From a virus, in the IMG/VR virus record IMGVR_UViG_3300032213_002091, positions 1-64,000 of that record: 64,000 nucleotides of DNA, one strand, 5' to 3'. The notes under the pieces were generated by a model, which had not been told where the DNA came from, made no database searches, and was given only the letters and a program-made list of their open reading frames with translations. Shown in pieces: positions 17,366 through 27,845 of this stretch. Positions within the stretch are counted from its first letter, which is position 1, and each line of letters begins with the position of its first letter. The translations under genes and the position numbers were made by a program.

Positions 17366-17935
17366 ATGAAGACAACTTTTTCTAGTGGTGTAATCGTTAC
17401 AAGCCAGTGGCTTAACGGTGCTAAGCAAATTACGTTCGATGGTCAAGATCTCGATTGGCACTACCCCCCACTTGGTCTAAACTCGTTCATCACGGCTGGC
17501 CCGAACGGGCTTGACTCAAGATACGTCACTTTAAGCACCCCTCAACCAAACCTGGAAGGGGACCAATTCGTTAGCGGGCTAGCAATTTCTGGCACTAAGG
17601 TTGTCACGGGTGTTTGGAATTTTGGTTATGCGGACGGAAAGACCAACCCAGAGAACGTAATTGAAAACGCACCGAAAAGCTATACCACCAACGACAAATA
17701 TAACTTCGCTGCTGGGATCAACCCCTCCACGATCCCACAAAGGTTCGACGCTCTTCAACTTGAGGACTTGATCACAAAACTCGTTCTCAAAGAGCAGATT
17801 GAGTACTTGTTGGACACTTTGGTGATTGATAACGGCTTCTACTACCTTGAGAACTCGGCGGGAGATCCTTGCCCCTGCAACAACTACTCTGCACCGGCAC
17901 CTAACGCCAGCGAAACGATTTGCGAACCCTGCTGA
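17366..17935 (+). CDS. putative virion structural protein
   Basis: KTTFSSGVIVTSQWLN N-terminus resembles tail/baseplate-attached proteins. Confidence 0.55.
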   Translation: MKTTFSSGVIVTSQWLNGAKQITFDGQDLDWHYPPLGLNSFITAGPNGLDSRYVTLSTPQPNLEGDQFVSGLAISGTKVVTGVWNFGYADGKTNPENVIENAPKSYTTNDKYNFAAGINPSTIPQRFDALQLEDLITKLVLKEQIEYLLDTLVIDNGFYYLENSAGDPCPCNNYSAPAPNASETICEPC

Positions 17936-17944
17936 GGCTGATAA

Positions 17945-20900
17945 ATGCCTAGATACGCACCATTACCGTCAGTTTCGATTGACCCTCGAAATGAAGCAGA
18001 GCTTGTTCAAGCTGCTTCACAAAGAGTATATCAAGCCTCTAACCAAACGTTAAACGACTTCAGCTCTGGAAACCCTCTGGCTGCTTTGCTGGAAGGGCAG
18101 GTTTTCGCGCAGGGTGAGTTTCTCTTTTGGGCGAACCAGCTGCCAGAAAAGATTCTGCTTGAGTGGATTGGTCCTTTCCTGGGTGCGATGAGACGCCTTG
18201 GAACTGCGTCTCTCGCTCGTCTCGTACTTACAATACCACCTTCAAACAGCCCCGTCACAATTCCCTCCGGCTCTTCGTTCACAACTGACCCGAACATCAC
18301 CGGCGGCCAAGTTTATTCTTTCCTGACTGCTGAGAATTACACTTTCTCGCCAGGAGAGACGGTTATTTACGTGCCGGTGTTCTCAGAGTTTGTCGGGTCG
18401 CTTTACAACGTGCCTGCGAACTCGATCGTCGGCTCTTCAGCGATAAACGTCGCGGGTTTGAGTGCAATAAATCCCGAGCCCGCAACCGGCGGATCGGACG
18501 TTGAAACTTACCAGGAAGTTCAGGAACGTTTCTTCACGTTAATCCGTCGAAAGAACCCTGTAAGCGCGCAAGATTGGCAGGACTTCTTCATCGACTTTTA
18601 CGGAGTAGGGACTCAAACATCGGTGCAACCCAACAGAGGCTCTGAATTCTCGTATAATTACTTAACCGACTACATTCTGCCAAGCGGCCAAGTATCATTC
18701 TTCGTTCTTGGTCCTGGCGGTGTTGAACTGACTGAGGAACAACTCAGCAGAGGTCAGAATGTCGTGAACTTCTCTGTTCCGATCGGAACAACGGGGCACC
18801 TGTACCCTCTAACACTTAGCCAGGTTCAATACGACATTACCCTGGAAGTGGATGCCAACAGTTCTTTCGGAGTGAATCTACGGAACTCCTCGTTGAACTT
18901 CCGGGACAGGCTTTTCCAGTTGCTTCAGCCCGGCAACGTTTTTCCTTCCTCTACCGATCCGAGCGTAAGCGACGTTGATTCCGCTTTCTACGCAACGTTT
19001 GACGCGGACACCCGGTACGTTAACCCACGAATTGTGACCGCAAAGGCATACAACACTCCGCCACAACTCGGACCTTCTGCTGCGCTTTATACGCAGGTCT
19101 ACGCTTTTGACCCATCTGAGCAACTTCTGAATCAAAACGATCTGGTTCTTGAGACGATTCCAACAACGTCTTATTATCCAGTCCTTGCCTCTTTCACTCC
19201 GTACTCTGCCGAAAAGAAAGATCAGACGATTTACGGAAATCTGGTCATGAGGCAAATTGAACTTCTGCAAGCGGGAAGTTACAACCAAGGTGACGTTGTT
19301 TACTGGAGCCCAGCGAGCGGTGGTGACGGAAAACTCCGTGTGATCCTTGACAACATCAACATCGGCTCCTTAGCAGAAATTCCCCTTCTCATTGCGGCTG
19401 GAGGCAAGATATCCGGAGAGAAAACCTACTCACCGTGGGTGGTTGGAAACAGTTACGTAAGCGGTTTTGGCAGTTTTTACGACCCTGAGATAGTAGAATA
19501 CGATTATGTTCCAGGCGACGGTCAATTCGTTCCCGAAACGCCCCAAGAACTCTTGATCGGTCCCATTTCCGCCTTAGGGACAATTACTCCTGGTTTGGGA
19601 TACACAGACGGAAATTATACGAATGTTCCTTTTGTTAACACCACCGGATTCGGTGGGGGGGCAACAGCAAACATCACGGTTTCCGGCGGCGTTGTGACAG
19701 ACGTGGCGCTTATCTTCCCAGGTGAAGGTTATACGCCAGGGTCGATTTTAACAGCAGATGACTCAAACCTTGGCAACAGTGGAGTTGGCGCTGGTTTTAG
19801 TATCCCTGTCACAGCGGTCACAGTCCCAAGAATCGGAAGTTTGGTTTGGGTTGTTGATCAAAACTTCACTCTCGAGGCTCCCTCAAATATCACAACAAGC
19901 GCACTTTCCGCAGGTCTTTTAGGAAGTTCGGTGGTTCCCGACTCCCTGGTTCCCGGAAACTCGTATTTGTCTGGAACGTGGGTTACCACTCCTCAAATCG
20001 GATCCGGACCGAATGCGGTGGCAGACCCTTACTACAACTACGTGGACCCTTTGAAGGGTGGCGTGAACAAATTTGCCTACGTTTTGCAGGGATTTGTGTA
20101 CGAGCCAAACGACTTAGCGGTCAAAGAATACTTCGACCTACTTGTTGAGCTCGGCATCATCCAAGAAATCGTGGTTCAAAATGCAGACCTCGGTTTGCCA
20201 GTATACAAGTACAAACCCCGTTTCCCGGTGGGAACCTACCTGGAGTACAAAGAATCGAGTGTGTCAGCACCGCAGTATTTTGTAGCAACTCAGTACTTCA
20301 CGCCGGACAGCACTCTGATCAATGATCTACTGGATCAAAACCTCGTTTTACCGTTGGCTTACACGCCTTCTCAGGTAGTTTCACTTGCTGAGTCTATTAA
20401 CAACGGCACGGTTAAAACTCCGCAAAGAATGTTCCGGTTCTTCAAGGGTGACACCACATTCTTCAGACAAGGTAGTCAGATTTTATCCTACACTGCGACG
20501 ACGAACGTAACACCTCTGTTTGACTTTTCAGTCTACTTTGAGAACCAAGTGTTTGTGCCCTCGGCTGATGTCGCTGACAGCGCCCTCTTGACTCTGCCGT
20601 ACATTCCTTACTTCAACCCGGACTACTCGCTCTATTCCGAGGATACGATTGTTTCGGAGGATGGTAGAAACTTGTATCGAGTCATGCGAGCTTTCTCGCC
20701 AGTGCCAACCGTTACCGACTGGACGAACACCACTGTCGTCAACACAACCAGAATCGAAGAGTACGAAGGTAACCTTCTCCGGTACGTGAATGCTTACACT
20801 TGCGACGAGCAGATCAAATCTCAGTTTGGTCGGGATATATCGGCGATCAAACTTGGCATCGCAAGCATTACGTTGATTCCTAAGAATGGTGGCAGGTTCA

Positions 20901-21037
20901 GTAACGCTTCGGCTCCCTACCTGTACGTTTGGGAGAATGCTTCCACTTCGACGGAAGTTCCGCAGCTTTCCTGGTTCACTGGAACAACCTACCCCTATTC
21001 GCCGCCGAACTATAGAAACGGGACTATGGGACTATGA
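17945..21037 (+). CDS. baseplate J-like wedge protein with long C-terminal extension
   Basis: LNDFSSGNPLAALLE, GSLYNVPANSI, PATGGSDVET, PVSAQDWQD. Confidence 0.8.
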   Translation: MPRYAPLPSVSIDPRNEAELVQAASQRVYQASNQTLNDFSSGNPLAALLEGQVFAQGEFLFWANQLPEKILLEWIGPFLGAMRRLGTASLARLVLTIPPSNSPVTIPSGSSFTTDPNITGGQVYSFLTAENYTFSPGETVIYVPVFSEFVGSLYNVPANSIVGSSAINVAGLSAINPEPATGGSDVETYQEVQERFFTLIRRKNPVSAQDWQDFFIDFYGVGTQTSVQPNRGSEFSYNYLTDYILPSGQVSFFVLGPGGVELTEEQLSRGQNVVNFSVPIGTTGHLYPLTLSQVQYDITLEVDANSSFGVNLRNSSLNFRDRLFQLLQPGNVFPSSTDPSVSDVDSAFYATFDADTRYVNPRIVTAKAYNTPPQLGPSAALYTQVYAFDPSEQLLNQNDLVLETIPTTSYYPVLASFTPYSAEKKDQTIYGNLVMRQIELLQAGSYNQGDVVYWSPASGGDGKLRVILDNINIGSLAEIPLLIAAGGKISGEKTYSPWVVGNSYVSGFGSFYDPEIVEYDYVPGDGQFVPETPQELLIGPISALGTITPGLGYTDGNYTNVPFVNTTGFGGGATANITVSGGVVTDVALIFPGEGYTPGSILTADDSNLGNSGVGAGFSIPVTAVTVPRIGSLVWVVDQNFTLEAPSNITTSALSAGLLGSSVVPDSLVPGNSYLSGTWVTTPQIGSGPNAVADPYYNYVDPLKGGVNKFAYVLQGFVYEPNDLAVKEYFDLLVELGIIQEIVVQNADLGLPVYKYKPRFPVGTYLEYKESSVSAPQYFVATQYFTPDSTLINDLLDQNLVLPLAYTPSQVVSLAESINNGTVKTPQRMFRFFKGDTTFFRQGSQILSYTATTNVTPLFDFSVYFENQVFVPSADVADSALLTLPYIPYFNPDYSLYSEDTIVSEDGRNLYRVMRAFSPVPTVTDWTNTTVVNTTRIEEYEGNLLRYVNAYTCDEQIKSQFGRDISAIKLGIASITLIPKNGGRFSNASAPYLYVWENASTSTEVPQLSWFTGTTYPYSPPNYRNGTMGL

Positions 21038-22317
21038 GTCAACAGCTTATTCCCATTGACGGTGGGGTTCAAACCATTCAGACGAGCACGCAAGGTAGGA
21101 CTATTAGCACCTTGTCTGATCAGTCAATCGAGGTTAAGAACCTGAGAACCAGGGAAACCGAATGGATTCCAGGGGGAAGGCCGATTTACAGACGCTTGCC
21201 CGCTGTAAGTGAGACCTATCAGGTCAACTTCTTTGACATAATTCCTGCGTCAAACACTGCTATTCAACTTGACACAGTTCAAGATGTAGGGTATGTTTTC
21301 ATCCCGTGGGGAGAAGGCATCTTCGGACCTACTTCCCTTGAGGTGGTTGCTTCTGCAACTTTTGAAAACTTGATTGTCAAGTCGGGTCAGGTTGTGTGGA
21401 AGTATGGGACGATCGCAGTCCCTCCGACCATTCTCAATCTGCAGGAGTTGGATTTCGACAGCGGTCGCTATCTTGTTGCTTATCAGCTTAGCTACGACGA
21501 CAGCCCAGTTGAACATCTTTACCAAGTTAACGACTATTTGTTAACTGGAACCAAGTTGCTGATCACATCGAGCACCGATTCGGTTATCGGTTGGAGATAC
21601 CCTGCTCTGAACGCTTTCCTAAGCTCAGACACCTTTTGGTCGAATCAGGACAGCTACTTCCCGCCTTCAACTCAGCCCACTTCCACTTTCCTGGAGTGGG
21701 TTAGTGGCGATGACCTACCTTCGGCTTTTTCAAAGGTTGTTTTGCGGTGCCCGTCAGGTTCGAGCTTTTCTGGAAGCGCAACGTTGAGCTATGTTCTGAG
21801 CAGCGGTCCACAAGAAGTTGTCACAGCTTCTGTGAGTCTGGACGAAACTAGTCAATACTTCGAGTTTCTTATCCCTTCACCTAGTTTTCAAACCGGGTGG
21901 AGAGTGGATTTCACCGATCTGAACATGAAAATTCAGACGATCACTGTGTCAGGGATAGTTACCAAGATGACGAAGAAAGCTGGAGCTTCTTCGCGTTGTG
22001 CGCTTTCAATCTACCCTGAGAACGCTGTTCCAAACACAGTTACAAACACTGACGGGGAAGAAATTCCCGTAACCTACTGCAACCTTGCGTTCATAGATGT
22101 TGGCTCAGACTATCTGTTGCAAGACATACAGGATATTCGACCAATCATTCACCGCGAATACAAACCCGTTGCGGACTGGTTGACGAAGCCTTTCGATGAA
22201 GAACTCATCGACTTCTATGAACAATTCTCAGGGTATTCTGTTTTGTGGATGAACCCGGTCGTCTGCATGAGCCAAGAATATCTGTCTCTTGAACTTTACG
22301 GTGTGGAACTAACTTAA
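21034..22317 (+). CDS. putative baseplate/tail structural protein
   Basis: ATGA overlap with the J-like gene; RPIYRRLP motif; position in the operon. Confidence 0.55.
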   Translation: MSQQLIPIDGGVQTIQTSTQGRTISTLSDQSIEVKNLRTRETEWIPGGRPIYRRLPAVSETYQVNFFDIIPASNTAIQLDTVQDVGYVFIPWGEGIFGPTSLEVVASATFENLIVKSGQVVWKYGTIAVPPTILNLQELDFDSGRYLVAYQLSYDDSPVEHLYQVNDYLLTGTKLLITSSTDSVIGWRYPALNAFLSSDTFWSNQDSYFPPSTQPTSTFLEWVSGDDLPSAFSKVVLRCPSGSSFSGSATLSYVLSSGPQEVVTASVSLDETSQYFEFLIPSPSFQTGWRVDFTDLNMKIQTITVSGIVTKMTKKAGASSRCALSIYPENAVPNTVTNTDGEEIPVTYCNLAFIDVGSDYLLQDIQDIRPIIHREYKPVADWLTKPFDEELIDFYEQFSGYSVLWMNPVVCMSQEYLSLELYGVELT

Positions 22318-25300
22318 ATGACAGAAGCAAATCCTAGTTTTAGTCCAAGCGAATTTGAGCTTCGGAATTTCACTAACAAGTATCTGTCACCCGAGCAAAC
22401 CACTCAGGTTGACCTTGCCAAGTCACGAGTAAACGGGCAACTGGACTTCCTGGCGCAAATGCTGGGCTGGAGCGGAAGCAACTACTGGACAAATCTCCCT
22501 GAAACCGTTTCTCAGAAAAGGCAACTTCTGGGGGGAACGTTCGGAGTATACAACAATTTCGTTCTTCCTCGTGTCTTCTCTGTCAGAACTTGGGACAATA
22601 TTGAAGATTTTTCCGCACCGAATGTTGCAGTTGTTGAGATTGAAAGAGACGACCGAATTTCCGCAGGGCAGACGGCATACCTTGACACCGACAGTTACAC
22701 CATTCAGTCGCTCTCGGAAACTTCCGGCAGAATGCTTCTAAACTTTGGGGAAGTAGACGACACATTCTTCACAAAGATCAACAGCAATGTTCAGCTGCGA
22801 ATTGACGTTCCTGGCGCAAGACCAGCACCGTTTCTTCGTCCGAGCATCGGAGTTGCTGGAGATAATTCTTTCCACTGTAAGGAAGAACTATCCTCTAGTC
22901 CCGCAGGGATTTTGTTTGATGGCCCGACTTTGTTCGATGTTCCGCCTCCAACTATTGGGAAACTTATTTTGTTCCCGAGTTACGACACCGGCGAACTTTT
23001 TCCTTACCTTTTCCCCATCTTGTTCGCGGGATCTGTGTATGCGTTTGACAAACCTGTGTTCCTGTCGTACAGCAGTTCTCTGAGTGTAGATATCGCCCCC
23101 GAGTACGACGAAACGATTGAGCGCTGGGTGCTTAGGTTGCCGGCCAATCTGACCCCGACTTCTATAGGAGTTACCGCATTTCTGTCGACAGACGGCTATA
23201 GCCTTGAAGTTAAGATTCAAAGTTGGGTTGACCCGTCTGATTGGGGAGGGTCTTGCAGCCTTGAGAATTTCCGCGGAGCGTGGGGAAACAAAGGCGGTGC
23301 GCTGCCGTTCAACTTGGCTTTCGACAGTCTTTCCATTCACGGGTACGACGAAGAAAAGTCTCTATATTTCCCCACTCTTGAGAGAAGTCTGGAGTTCAAC
23401 GATCTGGTAGACCGGGTTTATGCACAGCGGGCTGAAGTTGATGCAGGTATTCCAGGCGATCTGCCGCCAGGGAAACTTTGGTGGAACAGTTCCACAGGAA
23501 AACTCGCGGTCCAAGTGAAGCAAGAAGGTGATTGCCCATTTTGGGTGGAAGTCACCTACAGAGAAGCACCTGAGCAAGAGTTGATCCCTGACTTTGTGTT
23601 TCCGGATGTCGATTCCTTTTTGTCAGGCTACAGCCTGGTGCCAGAAAATACGACTTGCATCGTCATTGTTGACATACAAGGTTTGACCGACTCGGCGAAC
23701 ATTCTAGGCATTGAAGGGGGATTCCCTGGTCCTGGTAGTTTGTACCTGTACCCTCAGCCCGGAACGCAGTACTGGGTTCCGATTCGTTTCCTATTTCAGA
23801 ACGAGTTTGACTTCTCTGCGGCGAGCCAAGGTATACCGTTAAATGTGCCGACCTACGTTTACAACTCAGATGGGCTTTCGCCGTCCACTTCAAACTACTC
23901 GGTCAACAATTTAGAGTTTGTGGTCTCAGGGCAATACCAAACAATCCTGTGCAAGGAAGAAAATAACTTTGACTGGACCTTGTTTCCAGACTCAATCTTG
24001 AAGTTTATTGCGGACAGTTCTCTTTATGATGGTCCGCTGGAAGGCGAACTGTGGTGGGATTACGCTGAAGCGAACGTAGGAGCACGTAATGCTCAGATTT
24101 TGCTTGAAAGTGGCTGGACCCCCTTGAATGACAACGTGGCACTTTCGTCTCCGCCGAGCACCTATAACCCGAGTACAGTGCGTTTCTATTGCGATGGGAA
24201 CTTGCTCGAGAACGGGCAAAGCCTCGTAACAACAGACTACAACATTTCCTACGAAACCACAACAGCGGTAGGTTTTTACAGTTTCACATACCGAGCTTTC
24301 AACCTTCAAGGAAAAACACAATTCCCCCGGATTGAAATCTCTGACTCACTAACCTCTTCGTATCGTCTGGACATCTCGTCGTTGGTTTTCAGCGGTGTGA
24401 TTTACAAGATGTCGCCCAATGTGTACGACGCTGAAACCCCGCTAAGGTTGTGGAAGACCCAGCATCTTCAAAGCTCAGACTCAGAGAGTTTGATTGCGCG
24501 GGGGACTTACCCGAACCCACTGGTGGCGGACCTCAACAACGGGCCAGCTCTCGATAACTGGCAACGTTTCTTCGTTCGTCTCCCTCTCGATTACGGTCGC
24601 AATGAAGCACTGTGGCAGAAGACTGCCCTGGTTTGCGAAGATTTCGCTTACTTCGGTAGCAACATCGAGCCGGAGAGAATGGATTGCCCGCCACCTGCGA
24701 GCCTTCCGGAAATTTACGAAGAAGTTTCCCTGCGGGGCGATAGAACGGACTACACCTATGTGTATTCTGAGCCTTACTTCTACTCTACCGTTCTGTACGA
24801 CGATTTCTCGTTTGTGGATGCGTCCTATACAAATGCTTCGGTTCGCCCGATCGTCGATATTGACTACGACGATTTCACGGAAGCGCAGTTTGTGGAGTAT
24901 GACCCTCTTCACAACCGACTCGTAGACTTCTCCAAAGAAGGTTTCGGTAACTGGCAAGGTGTTTACTTGAACATCAGCGCATGCAGTTTCCTTTCAGGGT
25001 ACTATGTGAATGACCTTTTGGATGGGGCAGTAGAGTTAATTGAAGCGCCAGTCTGGGACGCAAGCATTTACAAGTTCCCCCCAACCTGCGACAATCCGTC
25101 AAAGACTTACGATGTAGATGCAAACAACTACAAGATCGGTTACGCATACTTTGTGGCCGATGCGTCCGCTGCGGAGGACGGTTTCTTCGACGTTCAGCAG
25201 GAAGCAGCGTGGAGGTTTGCTGAAACGCAACCGCAAACTCTTTATATCACGCCGGATTGCCCTGCCGAGCCTTCCGGACCCGGAGAGCCAATCACCGTAA

Positions 25301-25401
25301 CAATCTTGCCGACACCGCCTCCCATAGACTCGCCCACCTTTGAAGCCACTTGGTTAAACTGCAGCAGTCTAACTTCCTTCCCCGTAGCTAACCCGGAGTA
25401 G
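22318..25401 (+). CDS. large putative structural protein (1027 aa)
   Basis: Long ORF in the baseplate operon; LDFLAQMLGW (tail protein I-like); GKLWWNS and GELWWDY repeats. Confidence 0.6.
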   Translation: MTEANPSFSPSEFELRNFTNKYLSPEQTTQVDLAKSRVNGQLDFLAQMLGWSGSNYWTNLPETVSQKRQLLGGTFGVYNNFVLPRVFSVRTWDNIEDFSAPNVAVVEIERDDRISAGQTAYLDTDSYTIQSLSETSGRMLLNFGEVDDTFFTKINSNVQLRIDVPGARPAPFLRPSIGVAGDNSFHCKEELSSSPAGILFDGPTLFDVPPPTIGKLILFPSYDTGELFPYLFPILFAGSVYAFDKPVFLSYSSSLSVDIAPEYDETIERWVLRLPANLTPTSIGVTAFLSTDGYSLEVKIQSWVDPSDWGGSCSLENFRGAWGNKGGALPFNLAFDSLSIHGYDEEKSLYFPTLERSLEFNDLVDRVYAQRAEVDAGIPGDLPPGKLWWNSSTGKLAVQVKQEGDCPFWVEVTYREAPEQELIPDFVFPDVDSFLSGYSLVPENTTCIVIVDIQGLTDSANILGIEGGFPGPGSLYLYPQPGTQYWVPIRFLFQNEFDFSAASQGIPLNVPTYVYNSDGLSPSTSNYSVNNLEFVVSGQYQTILCKEENNFDWTLFPDSILKFIADSSLYDGPLEGELWWDYAEANVGARNAQILLESGWTPLNDNVALSSPPSTYNPSTVRFYCDGNLLENGQSLVTTDYNISYETTTAVGFYSFTYRAFNLQGKTQFPRIEISDSLTSSYRLDISSLVFSGVIYKMSPNVYDAETPLRLWKTQHLQSSDSESLIARGTYPNPLVADLNNGPALDNWQRFFVRLPLDYGRNEALWQKTALVCEDFAYFGSNIEPERMDCPPPASLPEIYEEVSLRGDRTDYTYVYSEPYFYSTVLYDDFSFVDASYTNASVRPIVDIDYDDFTEAQFVEYDPLHNRLVDFSKEGFGNWQGVYLNISACSFLSGYYVNDLLDGAVELIEAPVWDASIYKFPPTCDNPSKTYDVDANNYKIGYAYFVADASAAEDGFFDVQQEAAWRFAETQPQTLYITPDCPAEPSGPGEPITVTILPTPPPIDSPTFEATWLNCSSLTSFPVANPE

Positions 25402-25403
25402 TC

Positions 25404-27542
25404 ATGCCAAACTTCAACTGTGACCCTAATGCAGACACTGCCGGATTGGTAGATTTATCCTACGGTTGGGCGAGCTGCACCTCCATAGTAAGCTTCCCAC
25501 CCAAAGATTTCAGCTCGGGGCTCAATTTCGATTACACTTGGGCTAATTGCTCTTCAATGGCGATTATCGCTGAGCTTTACCTGTACGACCAGTTGCGAGA
25601 CGCAACCGAGTTGGTACGAACGTGGGAGGGTTGTTCGAGTCTTACAAGTTTTCAGGACAATTTGTACTTGAAGGCAACTTTGTTTGATCGAACATGGAAA
25701 AATTGCAGCAGTTTGACAAGTTTTCCACCTACCACTATTGAGTCGGGTGTTACTTTCACGGAAACATGGTCCGGTTGCTCCAGCCTAACCTCTTTCCCCC
25801 TGTTGAATACGGGTCAAGGCACTAATTTCCAAGCTGCGTGGTTCGAGTGTAGTGGGTTAGTTTCTTTCCCGCTGTTAAACACAAGCCAAGGGACAAATTT
25901 CATCGGCACTTGGGCGTATTGCTCAAACCTCACTTCATTCCCCCTGTTAAACACAAGTCAAGGCACTAACTTTGCGGGCGCTTGGGCGTATTGCTCAAAC
26001 CTCACTTCATTCCCCCTGTTAAACACAAGTCAAGGCACTGACTTTGCGGTCGCTTGGGCCGACTGCAGTAGTTTAACATCCTTTCCGCTATTGGACACAA
26101 GTCAAGGCACTAATTTTTTTGCCACTTGGGCGCTGTGCGGCGGGTTGACTTCGTTCCCGCCACTAGACACAAGTAAGGGCACTAATTTCCAGTCAACTTG
26201 GGAGCAGTGCAGCGGATTAACTTCGTTCCCGTCTTTGAATTTGAGTCAAGGAACCAACTTTTCCGGTACCTGGTTAGGTTGCGTAAGTTTAGCCGACTTC
26301 CCGCCGAACATGTTTGACTCGTCACTCACCGGCAATTTCAGTCGAGCTTGGGAAGTTTGTGCGCTGACCCCCGAAAGTATCGAAAATATCTTTGTTTCCC
26401 TCGACACCAGCGGGGTAGTGAACGGTACGTGTACTGTTGCTGGAGGGACCAACGCCTGCTTCGGGGAGTGGACTGCTCTTGCCACTGCCGCTTACGATAA
26501 TCTAATTGGCAAATCCTGGACCATTGAATACAACTATTGCCCGCCTCCGGCAGAAGCACTAATCACATTAACTGCCTCGCCTACCGCAGTCGTTAATACC
26601 GGGGCAACCAACATTATTTTCAGCTTCACGCGGACCGGGTCAACAGCTAACCCTCTAACTGTTAATTTCAACGTTGGGGGGACGGCGACTCTTGGAACGG
26701 ACTACACTCAGTCTGGCGCCGCTTCTTTCTCGCCAACCAGCGGAAGCATTCTCATTCCTGCAGGGCAAACCACTGGTCAAATTACGATTGACCCAGACCC
26801 AGCCGCCTCGATCGTATCCAGCGAAACTGTTGAAATTACCTTGGTTTCGGGCTCCGGGTACACGCCGGTAACGACCAACCCGGTGGTTGGAACTATCTAC
26901 GAGGATATACTCCCTGTTGCAATACAGCAGACTATCTATATTCGAAGCATTCTTGGAACCATCGGTGGAAACCTGCTGACCGGAGAAGTTAACACCCCTG
27001 GACCCAACCCGACTCTTCCGGTGGTTTCCGTGCCGCCTGTTGTGGGTGCTGGGGGACCGGACTACCAAATTTTTGAGCTTATCAGTGATTCCATTGGGTC
27101 CTACGGTATATTCACCTTGAGTTCAAACGGGGATTTTGAGTACATTGTTGATTTAACCAACCCGATAGTCCTTAACCTCAGCCCTTACACCCCTCCTTAC
27201 TACACCGGTGTGAGTGAACCATTCCAATTCCGTGTTACAGACCTCGCCGGAAACACTAGCGAGGGTGTTGTAAACGTTTCTATACAGGCCAGTTACACAA
27301 GGGTCGCTGCTGCTTTCACTTTTGACCCTATTCCTCCCGTTCCCCCAAATCAAGGGAGGAAAATGTGGCATCTAAACGAACCCCTTGTATCCACACTATC
27401 CAACCCGAACTACTCATTCTTCGGCTTAAACTACCCGTGGACCGGGCCAGTAACAGATCCCCCCCCATACATCACAGGTTATACCGATCAGCCTGGAAAT
27501 TGGCTTATAGGTGGCCCTCCCCCTAGTGGTTTCTTTGACTGA
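25404..27542 (+). CDS. BspA/DUF285-like repeat protein with Calx-beta-like and VCBS/cadherin-like domains (putative adhesin)
   Basis: 24-aa repeats TNFxxxWxxCSxLTSFPLLNTSQG; FTRTGSTANPLTVNFNVGGTATLGTDY; YGIFTLSSNGDFEY. Confidence 0.7.
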   Translation: MPNFNCDPNADTAGLVDLSYGWASCTSIVSFPPKDFSSGLNFDYTWANCSSMAIIAELYLYDQLRDATELVRTWEGCSSLTSFQDNLYLKATLFDRTWKNCSSLTSFPPTTIESGVTFTETWSGCSSLTSFPLLNTGQGTNFQAAWFECSGLVSFPLLNTSQGTNFIGTWAYCSNLTSFPLLNTSQGTNFAGAWAYCSNLTSFPLLNTSQGTDFAVAWADCSSLTSFPLLDTSQGTNFFATWALCGGLTSFPPLDTSKGTNFQSTWEQCSGLTSFPSLNLSQGTNFSGTWLGCVSLADFPPNMFDSSLTGNFSRAWEVCALTPESIENIFVSLDTSGVVNGTCTVAGGTNACFGEWTALATAAYDNLIGKSWTIEYNYCPPPAEALITLTASPTAVVNTGATNIIFSFTRTGSTANPLTVNFNVGGTATLGTDYTQSGAASFSPTSGSILIPAGQTTGQITIDPDPAASIVSSETVEITLVSGSGYTPVTTNPVVGTIYEDILPVAIQQTIYIRSILGTIGGNLLTGEVNTPGPNPTLPVVSVPPVVGAGGPDYQIFELISDSIGSYGIFTLSSNGDFEYIVDLTNPIVLNLSPYTPPYYTGVSEPFQFRVTDLAGNTSEGVVNVSIQASYTRVAAAFTFDPIPPVPPNQGRKMWHLNEPLVSTLSNPNYSFFGLNYPWTGPVTDPPPYITGYTDQPGNWLIGGPPPSGFFD
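25750..26320 (+). repeat. 72-bp coding tandem repeats (approximate bounds)
   Basis: Near-identical units, e.g. starting at 25909 and 25981 (period 72). Confidence 0.8.
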
Positions 27543-27558
27543 GCCCTAGACTGTGAGC

Positions 27559-27566
27559 GGGTAAAA
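27559..27566 (+). promoter_or_regulatory. GGGTAAAA motif
   Basis: 22 nt before ATG 27589. Confidence 0.7.
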
Positions 27567-27588
27567 CTAAACAGTCTTCAACCCACAG

Positions 27589-27843
27589 ATGGCCCCTAGA
27601 CGACGCAAAACACCTTCGCAGATCGAACCGAGTACAATTGAAACTATGGAAGACGAATCAACATTTAGCCTGGAAGAAACGGTTGAAACTCCTTTGGAAA
27701 CAGTTGAAGTAGTTGAAACGGTAAAAGAACCTTTGGAGCCGAAACCAACAGGTCGAACGATTTCTCCGCCGGTTGCACCCGTTCCACCCAAACGCCATCC
27801 CCGAAACTTACCGAAATTTTCACAGTTTCGTAAGGACATTTGA
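27589..27843 (+). CDS. hypothetical protein (84 aa)
   Basis: ATG after the motif; Glu/Thr/Pro-rich. Confidence 0.55.
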   Translation: MAPRRRKTPSQIEPSTIETMEDESTFSLEETVETPLETVEVVETVKEPLEPKPTGRTISPPVAPVPPKRHPRNLPKFSQFRKDI

Positions 27844-27845
27844 GA

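Noticed and set aside
25404-27542. Diversity-generating retroelement target
   Set aside because: No reverse transcriptase or non-coding template repeat in the window, and the variation is not adenine-specific.
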